From Octopus sinensis (taxonomy: Eukaryota), in contig NC_042997.1 in NCBI RefSeq assembly GCF_006345805.1, positions 94,550,001 to 94,614,000 on the forward strand: a stretch of DNA of 64,000 nt, written 5' to 3'. A model generated the notes under the pieces. It had not been told where the DNA came from, did not search any database, and was given only the letters and a program-made list of their open reading frames with translations. Position numbers and translations under genes: made by a program. Below, piece by piece: positions 53,165-64,000 of the stretch. How positions within the stretch are numbered: position 1 is the first letter of the stretch; every line of letters begins with the position of its first letter.

Positions 53165-53856
53165 TATTATGGCTGCCCCCTCGTTATCGAGTATGGTCAT
53201 TTCACGAAGCTTAACTGTTACTGGTGCTGTGATCGAATGTGAGTTTTTAGCCCAGCTAAAGATCTCCAATGCCTTGTACAAAATTGGCAACTAAAACCTT
53301 TATTGGTAATAGCCGGCTGTAGTTGTAACTGGGCTTCATGTACCTTTGCATGTCGTTTAAACCCTCCTGCCGAATTACACTCTCTTCCACATGCCCGACA
53401 GATATGATTAGTATGGTGTGTTACACCACTACCAGTGGCCAGGTTGTCACACATCTGTCTCATTTTATGACTACGAAGATGACCCATGAGTCCAGCTTTA
53501 CTGAGGCAGGGTCTTGCATAGACATTGCATGTCAGAATCAAAGGAGGACCCTTCTCTTCTGGAAGTGTAACAGCGATGTCCTTCCTGACATCCCTCCTTA
53601 CTTTCTCATGCGCAACTCGAGATTTCTCAAACTTGGCTATCCCCTCATGCACAATCCTTCTCCTCCTGCTACGATCAATAGCTATGCCTTCCCATGTGTC
53701 AGGAGAGATGCAAGCATCTCTTAAGGAAGCCTTCAGCAAGTCCTTATACCTCCTGTTTGGTTTATGTGGATGTCGTTCTCCTTTAGCTAACTCTCCATAA
53801 AAGAGTTGTTTTGGCATCCTTGAATCCTTCGTTCTGACCAGATGACCACTCCATGT
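53165..53856 (-). mobile_element. 5'-truncated RTE-clade LINE (ORF C-terminus with three C2H2-type zinc fingers and a short 3' UTR)
   Basis: WSGHLVR..DSRMPKQLFYGEL...RRYKDLLK...WEGIAIDRS is a typical RTE C-terminus; open for over 200 codons; 3' hairpin CTCG-ATAA-CGAG. Confidence 0.92.
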
Positions 53857-53900
53857 AAACATACATATATGTATATGTATATGTAATATATTATATATAT

Positions 53901-53950
<50 letters not shown>

Positions 53951-53951
<1 letters not shown>

Positions 53952-54346
53952 TAGCAGTATCGCCCGGCGTTGCTCGGGTTTGTAAGGGAAATAACTATAT
54001 AAGCATTTTTAGTGAGTTATAGCAAAAAAAATAGCAAAAATGCATTAAAATGGAATAAAAAATGATGGGAATTTTTTTTTTATCGTTGACTCATCGTAGA
54101 CATTTTTAGAGAGTTACTTCCCTTATATAATAGCGGAAAATGCATTAAAATGGAATAAAAAATGATGGTAAATTTTTTTTTAAATCGTAGACTCATCGTA
54201 GACGCGCGCTAATACCCAGAAGGGCTCGATATGATTCACGACTATAAGATACCCGGTTTTGGTTACACTTCACCGCAAAATGTGGGAGTAGTTAGGAATC
54301 TAAATCGTAGGAGACAGACACACAACCTTGCTTTTATATATAAAGA
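53951..54346 (-). mobile_element. Non-autonomous Helitron (about 396 bp)
   Basis: Minus strand A|TCTTTATATATAAAA ... CCCGAGCAACGCCGGG hairpin ... CTAG|T, inserted between A and T with no TSD; internal tandem duplication of about 100 bp. Confidence 0.88.
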
Positions 54347-54376
54347 TTTGTGCAACAACTAAAACATTCGGTTGTG

Positions 54377-54411
<35 letters not shown>

Positions 54412-54779
54412 TCTAAATACAATGAACCTTGAATAGATATCTGCATCAGAGGGAGCTAATCAATACGGTGCAATACAAATATAGGTATAATGAGCTCCGA
54501 CCACTTGTTATTTGTCGAACAGTAGTAGAGTGAAATTATCAAAGCGTTTATGAGGGGTTAATGATGTGTGTTTTAGAATGGAGTACGTATTTGTGCACAT
54601 GTTGAAGTATTGAGGTGCTGGTTAGTGGATGTGAGCTGTTAGTGTTCTTGCAGTCATTATATGAATGAAGTGAAAGCGTGCATGTTAGAAGTTGAGATAA
54701 TAAAGATTTAGATAATACACATATCATGATGACGTTTAAGTATTCTTCTCATAGATTCCAAACGAAAACCAATATTATC

Positions 54780-54929
54780 TTCTTTTCTACTCTTGACACA
54801 AGGCCCGAAACTTTTGGGAAGGGGACCAATCGAATATATCGACCATAGTACGCAGCTGGTACTTAATTTATAGACCTCGAAAAGATGAAAGGCAAAGTCG
54901 AACTCGGTGGAATTTGAAATCACAACGTA
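54780..54929 (-). mobile_element. SINE family B, 3' part
   Basis: CTGGTACTTAATTTATAGACCTCGAAAAGATGAAAGGCAAAGTCGA is the reverse complement of the family core. Confidence 0.85.
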
Positions 54930-56042
54930 AAAACAGTACTATATTGTAAAAGTTTTAACGACTTATATACAGCTACGAAAACAAAACTAACTAGCTACAT
55001 TATCAGAAAACTATCACTTATATTGCTTAATTTATTTTTGATCACAAAACGTATTTCTTGAATGTTGTAACAGTTTGACATACAATTTAGAAAGGGAAAA
55101 AGACAGACTTAGAAATCAGAGCTGTAAAAACAATGTGATGCAGTCCACAGTTTATTATAAAATCACTGTTTGACGTTGATAATGATATAATTTCTCTTCA
55201 AAGGATAGTATCAAACAAACCAAGACCATAATGAATTTGTGCAATTATGTATAAATTTACATTGCTTTGTAAATATTTCTGTAAATATTAATCTCAGTAG
55301 ATATGACAATGTTAATCTTTGATCATTTTTCTTCCTATTAGACGGAAGAATTAATAAGAAACTATAAAGAACACAGATGAGAATATACGTTATTTGGGAA
55401 ATTATGATACGCAAATAGTAGACTAAATTAGTAACTCCTGGCGGGGTTATATCTATACTTTAGTTTTCCATTGTAGCAATTTCAAATACGTTACTGAGTT
55501 AAGTTCTTTGAAGAATTAAGTCTTTACTCCTTTTTTGTCTAAGTCAACAGAAGGATATATTCAATTAGCCATCAATTCCTTCGGTCAAGAAAGATCAAGC
55601 GAAATATTGTATTTATCACGGTAGAATAAATATAAAAACAAATATAAAATAAAATTGCTACTGAATTATATGCAACATTATTCATTTAATTCGAAGTGCA
55701 TCATAAAATCTGACGTATTAACTACTTATTAGTGACTTTAATAGTATGAAAGTACAGCAAAACAGTTAGATAAATACTCTTTACCTCGTAAATCAATACC
55801 TTTCTATGTCTCAGTGCCAAACTCATTAACTTCGGTACTAAAACCTTTGCAGGAATCTAAGTAAAATTATTTTACTTCTATTACAGTTTTTATCACACAT
55901 TCAGCTGGTTTGAAATTGATTTCGAATTAATCATGCTAACCAAGGTATAAAGTACGACAGTGCCTGGAAGTATTATTTCATTAGTGATTGAAGACAGGTG
56001 ACTTTACAACTTGACTTCAATTTGTTGTTTCACTTTCTTAGA

Positions 56043-56105
<63 letters not shown>

Positions 56106-56537
56106 TATAGTAGTGCTTCCTGTCTGTCTATCTCTTGCGTAGGGTTTAGAAATGTAACTTACATAGCGAAAGATGCAGAGGGCTGAAAATGAAAGATAAA
56201 GACCATGTATTAGAGAAACATGCAACACAAGGAAGATAAAACATTGGAAATTCGAGCATGAATACAGAGATCTAAAAGGAAGAATATCAAAACGTTGTAA
56301 AATTTTTGACGTCATTGATTTTTTCATTCTTCAGATGGAAATGTCTGTGAATTTTATCTTAGTATATGAAATACTAATTTCAGTACAAGACCGTAAAAGA
56401 ATTCTACGATCGTCTGCATGTAGGTATTAATAAATCAATGCGTATCAGCGTGTATGCACGTGTGTAAGTTCGTATGTATGTATGTATATATGTATATTTG
56501 TATGTATGTATGATGTGTGTATGCGTGTATATATTTG

Positions 56538-56877
56538 TGTGGAGGCGCAATGGACGTGGAGGCACAATGGCTCAGTGGTTAGGGCAGCGGATTCGCGGTC
56601 GAAGGATAGCGGTTTCGATTCCCAGATGGGTCTTTGTGAGTGTTTATTGAGCAAAAACATCTAAAGCACCACGAGGCTCCGGCAGGGGGTGGGGTTGAAC
56701 CCTGCTGTACTCTTTCACGACAACTTTCTCTCATTCTTTCTTCATGTTTCTGTTGTGCCTGTATTTCAAAAGTCAGTCTTGTCACACTCTGTGTCATGCT
56801 GAATTTCCCGAGAACTACGTTAAGGGTGCACATGTCTGTGGAGTGCTCAACCACTTTCACGCTAATTTCACGAGCAT
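56538..56877 (+). mobile_element. tRNA-derived SINE related to family C, with a duplicated 5' end
   Basis: GTGGAGGC.CAATGG occurs twice, then TGGCTCAGTGGTTAGGGC...GGTTTCGATTCCC (A and B boxes); CCACG.GGCTCCGGCAG is shared with the 13497 copy. Confidence 0.85.
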
Positions 56878-56880
56878 AAG

Positions 56881-57015
56881 TTTCCACTCATTTATTTATC
56901 TTTTTCCTAAAATTTTCGTTGCTTCTTGCAATCTCTTCAATAGTTGTTGACCCGCAATAAGAGGTTGCAAGAAGCAACAGAAATTATAGAAAAAAACAGA
57001 AATAATGAGTAGAAA
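56881..57015. repeat. Imperfect hairpin of about 135 nt
   Basis: GTTGCTTCTTGCAA.CTCTT pairs with AAGAGGTTGCAAGAAGCAAC; outer arms also pair. Confidence 0.8.
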
Positions 57016-57125
57016 TTGAACCGGTGAGTGTGTTAAATACAGCATTAAAACATAATGGCTCTACGCACACACACACACACACACACACACGTACATACAC
57101 ACACACACACGTACACACACACACT

Positions 57126-57157
<32 letters not shown>

Positions 57158-57411
57158 CGTATGTATACGTGTGCACGTTTTACATTTATATAAATATATA
57201 TATATATATACAAATGAATACACACATATCCTCTAATGTATAGGACACGGGGAAAAGCTTAATCCATTATCCTATGCATTAGAGGACATGAGTGCTTGTG
57301 TGCTTGTGTGTGTCTGTGTATGCATTTGTATGTAAATATATATTTATATGCATGAGAAAAGTGCACACCGACATCATATATATATATATATATACATATA
57401 TACATACATAT

Positions 57412-57453
<42 letters not shown>

Positions 57454-57470
57454 ATATATAATATATATAT

Positions 57471-57513
<43 letters not shown>

Positions 57514-58429
57514 TGGCAACTTTATTCAATACTGATTCTATGGGATAATTCATAGTTCCCTAAAAATTACTATCCATTTTACAGTTTCAAAAATCACCGT
57601 GGAATTTTCAGAGCTATTGATAGTTTCTCTGTCTCTGTCTTTCTGTCTCTATCTACTATCTCTGTCTGCCTGGATTTCTGTCTATCTCTTTCCCTCAAGT
57701 GTTCAACCGGAACCAACTCCCGCATTTTTGCCTCCGTTCGTGCAACCATTATTATGACGTGCACTATTACCGACTTTTTCATGTAACCACCAACACCAAA
57801 TATCTCACTTCCATTATCATTGTCTCAAATTAACTTACTGACAGCATCACAGCTACCGATTATAAATTCCTCCTCACTTCCATCATATTGATCTTATATA
57901 AATATATTGTGATGAGAGTTACGTCGCCTCCTTACGAGAGATAGACTGGTCTGAATAAAGTAAAAGATTTGTTTAGTTCGTTACATTGTTTTTACTGTTG
58001 TCTGATTATCTTTATTGTATGCAACAAAGTACGTTACAAAAGTATACCTCTTACCTCTCCACCTCCACAACCCTGCATTCACTACATTATCTCTTTGTTA
58101 CCTACATATATATAATATTATACCAAGCTCCTACTTAAATCCTTAAATGCAAGCAAACAATTTATGGGTTGCATTTTCTTGACTCCTCCTTAATAGGAGG
58201 AAAGCAGTGTCGTCATAAAGAGGGATACTTTGTTGTAAAAGGAGGACACGAATTACACAATTACCCGCAGATGTTGAGTAAAGCAGACGTCTGTGCAAAT
58301 TTCAAGCTAAGAACTTCCAGTGACACGCTTCACATCTTCCCGTCGCTATCCCTTCATCGTCACAGGGTTTTTATTTTTATAAGTGGGTGGTGTGTATACT
58401 CTTACCATCAAAACATGATGGTAGTATTT

Positions 58430-58757
58430 GCTGATAGCATTTTTCTGAACTATGTGCACATGGTTTTGTTCATAACAGTTATTGCTTGTGCAGAACAATG
58501 CACACTGTCTCCATCAAAAAAGCATTTACCTGTACTAGTGCACAGTGTGCTACGTGCCAGATGCTAAATTGATCACAGATTTGAGATCAGAGAGGCCTTC
58601 TAGTTTGGTTGCTCAAAAGCTGTAGAGCCCAGTTAGTATGCTGATAGTGCACATCAACTAAGTGGACCGTCAGCAATCACAAATCTGGATTTAAATTAGA
58701 GCTTTCATTCTCCTAGATGGGTCGCCCTCACCATGGCTAAGGGGCCCCATCTACCCC
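58430..58757 (-). mobile_element. Probable RTE LINE 5' end relic
   Basis: GGGTAGATGGGGCCCCTTAGCCATGGTGAGGGCGACCCATCTAGGAGAATGAAAGCTC, followed by a faint, frameshifted TWNVRTL-like echo. Confidence 0.4.
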
Positions 58758-58824
58758 ATACATACATACATACATACATACATACATACATACATACATA
58801 CATACATCATACATACATACATAC

Positions 58825-58874
<50 letters not shown>

Positions 58875-58909
58875 ATATATATACAGAGAGAGAGATAGAT
58901 AGATAGATT

Positions 58910-58942
<33 letters not shown>

Positions 58943-59554
58943 AGAAAACGAAGGAAAAACATGAAATTTAGGAATATCAGATATATAGAATATATACATA
59001 TGTACACACATGTTGGATGACCGCTGACTACTCATGAGTTCCTCCGCCCTTTGATGTGTTTTGATTTTTGTCGCGCAGGGTGTCTAAGAACACCCCCCCC
59101 CACTCACCAAGCAAGCTCGGTGGGGTTGCCAGTTTAGTTGCCGACGAGCCGATCATGCAACAGATTGTACCGGGTTACATGTTAGCAGTAGCACTCGAAA
59201 GCGACCTGACAAATATATATATATATATCTATATATATATATATATATATATATATCAAAGCAAAAATGCTAGTTCTAAAATCTTTCTAAGAGATCACCG
59301 CAGTACTTGTACTAACAAGTAATGTTCGTAGCCACTTCAACATGGATGTCCGTTCGAACAGACTTTACTGCGATTTTTTAATCTCAAGACGGCATCAGCT
59401 CTAGCTGCTAAACGATGCACAGCTGCATACGTGATATTGCGAGCAGGGGAACGAATGTCTACCACCTTCTAGCGTCGGGACCAGCTTAGCTCCGAGCAAT
59501 TTCTACCTATCTTCAGTAGTGGACATCTGGTCTGCTATATGTATATATATATCT

Positions 59555-60012
59555 CCGGTGACAAAAATTTGCCATGCAAAGCTGATGACCACGGGCTCTA
59601 TAAACGATACAAAAAGAAGTGGCTATCCAACCACATCCCGAACAGCGGAGAACGTTGCAACAGTGCAGGAAATGTTTAATCTCAGCCCGCAAAAATTAAC
59701 AGATCAAGCAGCTCGTGAAAGTGGACTAAAACGACAAACTTGCATAAAGTATTGCTTTTCGTCCGTAGAATCCCCATTATTTGTAATAGCTAAAACATGA
59801 AGGACAGAAGTCAAGATCACTAAGAAGTCCAGATGTCACTCCATGTGACTTTTACCTGTGGGGTTACACAGAAGAGGTGTGCAAAACAAAACCGCATTCA
59901 CTGCATTCTCACGTAATGCAGAACATGCCTTTTTTGTTTCAATAAGTATGTAAAAGGAATATGCGTTTTATTACCAATTTTAATGCCTACTTACTTTACA
60001 CACACCCTGCAT
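59555..60012 (+). mobile_element. Internally deleted IS630-Tc1-mariner element
   Basis: KLMTTGSINDTKRSGYPTTSRTAENVATVQEMFNLSPQK...ARESGL (HTH region) and RSPDVTPCDFYLWGY; terminus ...CACCCTG at about 60009. Confidence 0.8.
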
Positions 60013-60051
<39 letters not shown>

Positions 60052-60929
60052 AGTGTGTATATGTATGCATGTAAACATCCCGCAGGGTGTTCAACAATCA
60101 CCCTCCTCACCAACCAAACTTAGGGATACCAGTTTAGTCGCCGATGACCTGACCATGTAACAGGTTGTACTGGGTTACATGTTACAAGTAGCGAAGAAGA
60201 GAGACTAATAGCACTCGAAAGCGACCTAACTAATAGCGTGGGAATGCTGCTTATTACTGGGGATTTTTTAATTTAATTCTCTTTTGGGGCTGTTGCTTAA
60301 AGAGACATCCTTGAAGTAAGCTGCAACTCACACAAGCTGATTGGCTGCACTGGTTGTGGGTACGGGACATGTGGGATGTGTTACGTGAAGAACGTGAGCA
60401 AGCTGGAAGATTTAGTTCTCTAGTCATTGTATTAAATAAAACCGTGCAAACAGCGTGTTTTCTTCAAAGATGACCACACTAGACGGTCTTTGATACTTTT
60501 CAACAGTAAGCTTGCCATTTGTCACCCGATAGATTGATTCTTTTTCTCTAACATAGCAATGCATTATTAACAAGTAATGTTCGTAGCCACTTCAACACGG
60601 TTGTTTGTTCGACCGATGTTTACCGCGATTTTTTTAACTGCAAGAGGACATCTCCAGCTGGTTAATGGTACACAGCTGAAAGCGATATATTGCGAACACC
60701 AACGACCTTCCAATATATGCCTAACCTGTTCTTGCAGACTAGCGTGGTCATCCTTGATGAAAACATACTTTTTTTCTTTTTTCCTTTAATTCACCGCCTA
60801 GAGAACTATAACTTCCAGCTAGCTGGTTCGTAACTCACTGTCAAGATAGTTTTACACCTCGCAGTTCCGTTCTCTCTCGCTTTCTCTACCTCTCTCCTTC
60901 TCCCTCCTTTTCTCTCTCATTTTTTTCTC

Positions 60930-60971
<42 letters not shown>

Positions 60972-60985
60972 TATATAATATATAT

Positions 60986-61430
60986 AGGAAAGTTTACCAA
61001 AGAAAGCACAAAAGACGAAGAACAGGTATATACATATACTTATATATGTATATATATGTATACATACCATATATATAAGTATACATATACATATACATAT
61101 GTATATGTATATATTATATATATATACATATTTATATATTTGCATGTATATGTATGTAATATACATACATATATAATATATATATATATATAATTATATA
61201 TATATATATATAATTATATATATATATATATATTAGATATATATAATATATATAGGGAAAGTTTACCAAAGAAAGCACAAAAGACGAAGACAGGTATATA
61301 CATATACTTATATATGTATAATATATGTATACATATACATATATAATGTATACATATACATATACATATGTATATGTATATATATATATATATATACATA
61401 TTTATATATTTATGCATGTATATGTATGTT
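60986..61430. repeat. Direct duplication with about 270-bp period inside a TA-rich array
   Basis: GGAAAGTTTACCAAAGAAAGCACAAAAGACGAAGA at about 60986 and 61256, with the following TA pattern also duplicated. Confidence 0.88.
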
Positions 61431-61956
61431 ATATACTACATATATATATATATATATATATAATATTATAATATATATATATAATTATATATATATATAT
61501 AATTATATATATAATATATATATATAATAATATATATATATATGTGTGTGTGTGTGTGGTGTGTGGTGTGTGTGTGTGTGTTTGCGTGTTTTCGATGTTG
61601 AGTTCTAATGTGAACATTTAAAATCAGGGAAGAAAAAGAAAACGGAAACATCAATTTATGTTAAAACTATGTGCGTGCGCGGCTGTTGCACTTTATACAT
61701 ATCATATAAAAACATTATCATAAAAATGTTTATTACCCCAATTATCATGCGGACATTCATTATTAGAGAGCTTTTCTCGTTTAGATCTTCGCATCAAAAT
61801 TCAATGATTAATTGACATAAATCACTGTTTATAGAATATCATGCGTAAACAAATGATATTCGAATAAACGTTGATATATCTTACTGGCAATTGATAGTTC
61901 CGTTCTTAATCTATAAAACCATAAAATAGCTTCATTTTAACACATACATACATATA

Positions 61957-62226
61957 GGCGCAGGAGTGGCTGTTTGGTAAGTAGCTTGCTTCCCAATCAC
62001 ATGGTTTTGGATTCAGTTCACTGAGTGACACCTTGGGCAAGTGACTTCTGCTAAAAACTAGGACCGACCAAAGGCTTGTGGGTGGATTTTGTTGACGAAA
62101 ACTGAAGGAAGCCTGTTGTATTTATATATGTGTATATAGGTATGTGTGTCTGTTTTGTCCTCCCATATTAGTTGACAACCGGAATTGGTGTGTTTATATA
62201 TCCGTAATTTAGAGGTTACGATAGAA
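61957..62226 (+). mobile_element. SINE family A, 5' part
   Basis: GGCGCAGGAGTGGCTGTTTGGTAAGTAGCTTGCT head. Confidence 0.88.
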
Positions 62227-62641
62227 TATGTGTGAGTGTGAGTGAGTGTATAAAAACTTGTGTCTGACAAAGATAGGACTCCCAACTTAAATTATAATAA
62301 TGCCAAATTCAAGGTGTTACTACCTAAATAAAATATGTATTTGAATATGTAGTACTAAGTTTCAATTTCATAGCATCTACCAGACAGAAGCATTTGCTAA
62401 CGTCTTATTCAGGGTTAATATCTCTACTGGTTTTTTGGCGGTTGTTTTGAGTTACTTTGATGTACATATATTCTCTTGATACAGATTCGATCCTTTATAT
62501 CCTGGTTAGTGATTGTTAGTGTTTTGGCACAAAACCGCTTGTGTCATGAGGTATATAATTTGCTTGATGTATGACATACAGTCTTCGTTTTTATACACAA
62601 AATACCTTCTCTCTATATCTCTCTCACTCTCTCTCGCTTTC

Positions 62642-62695
<54 letters not shown>

Positions 62696-62700
<5 letters not shown>

Positions 62701-62892
62701 TTTATAGAAGGAGCTTCTACAGGACTAGAACTGTTACATTCAAATGAAATCATCAGGAAGCTCCTGATGATTTCATTTGAATGAAACAGTCCTAGTCCTG
62801 TAGAAGCTCTTTCTATAAAATAAATTAATTTACTCTGCTATGTATTGAGTACCTTATTTACTGTGGTTAACCCCGACTCAACCCGGGACTAC

Positions 62893-62893
<1 letters not shown>
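62696..62893. mobile_element. (TA)n-flanked element with head-to-head inverted hammerhead copies; same family as 33654-33790
   Basis: Near-perfect palindrome centred at about 62760; 62764-62893 is almost identical to 33660-33790. Confidence 0.88.
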
Positions 62894-62924
<31 letters not shown>

Positions 62925-63019
62925 TATTATATATATATATATATATAATATATTTTATATATATATACAGATATATATATATATATGTATATATATATAT
63001 GTATGTATACAAAGATAGA

Positions 63020-63210
63020 TTTTTTTATTTTGATTGTTTCAGTCATCTGAGTCCGACCATGCTGGAGCACCGCCTTATTCAAACAAATCAACTACACCAC
63101 TTAATCTTTGTAAACCTAGTATTTATTCCACGTTTGCTGAATGCTGAGATACGGAGAGGTAAAGACATCAACATCGGTTGTCAGGTGATGGGGGATCAAA
63201 CTCAGGCACA
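63020..63210 (-). mobile_element. SINE family A, decayed 3' half
   Basis: TGTTTCAGTCA...CCATGCTGGAGCACCGCCTT...CATCAACATCGGTTGTCAGGTGATGGGG. Confidence 0.8.
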
Positions 63211-63218
63211 TAAAAATA

Positions 63219-63255
<37 letters not shown>

Positions 63256-63267
63256 CATACATGTTTT

Positions 63268-63326
<59 letters not shown>

Positions 63327-63583
63327 TATATATATGCATATCTATATATATATATATATGTACGTATGTATGTATATATGTAAGTATGTGCGTGTAATAT
63401 ATATGTATATATATACCCATACATACACATCTATGCATACATGTACATCTTCACAGAGCGTATTAAATATATATCTGCGTATATATTGGGTATATACGTA
63501 TACGTATACATATAAATAAACATACATATAAATTATATATATATAAGCAAATACACACACATACATATAAACATATATGTATA

Positions 63584-63665
<82 letters not shown>

Positions 63666-64000
63666 CATACATACATAAATTTATATATTGTAGATGTGAG
63701 TATGTGTATATATATCAAATAATCAACATTACGCCATATTTATATGTGCATGTAGCTCCCATCCTTCCTTTTAGTGATATCATTAATTCAGCGTTACAAG
63801 CCTGATGACATTTAAAATTACTATCGCTTTCAAAGGAGAAAAATTCTAAATGGAATTTTCTCCATAAACACAACGGTAGCTAAAGCGTTGCGTTGTTTAC
63901 ACAGCGTCCACATTGTCAACGAAAGTGGCAATCGTTACATACATATTTCAATTACTCATGCATCATAGACACCACAATTAATGCATTGAAAATTTTTCTC

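Noticed and set aside
56270-56340. Minus-strand CTGAAGA in a TA-adjacent block
   Set aside because: No downstream GAAA box; too decayed to call.
56556-56625. tRNA gene
   Set aside because: Has A and B boxes but no complete cloverleaf and continues into SINE body; it is a SINE head.

Overview
AT-rich, microsatellite-saturated eukaryotic DNA with no recognisable host protein-coding gene. The repeat families look like those of Octopus (coleoid cephalopod); this is my inference. Most ORFs in the track are translations of (TA)n/(TATG)n/(ATCT)n tracts. The real coding relics are all transposon-derived: Tc1, mariner (one full-length decayed copy and one fragment), maT-like, CR1, RTE with three C2H2 fingers, Tx1-like, two R4/Dong-like endonuclease fragments and a Penelope-like RT/GIY-YIG relic. 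There are also Helitron ends and three tRNA-type SINE families. The main observation is a set of type I hammerhead ribozyme motifs that fold completely by eye (1517-1615 minus, 27082-27159 minus, 33654-33704 plus) plus a damaged head-to-head pair at about 62711-62809. They lie in small non-coding elements that end in (TA)n tracts and often show Penelope-style inverted architecture. The 1392-2021 element reconstructs to a circularly permuted unit of about 470 nt, and one arm starts 1 nt from the predicted self-cleavage site. This fits a retrozyme-like, TA-associated, Penelope-mobilised RNA system. All folds, alignments and identity estimates were made by eye; nothing was computed or searched.
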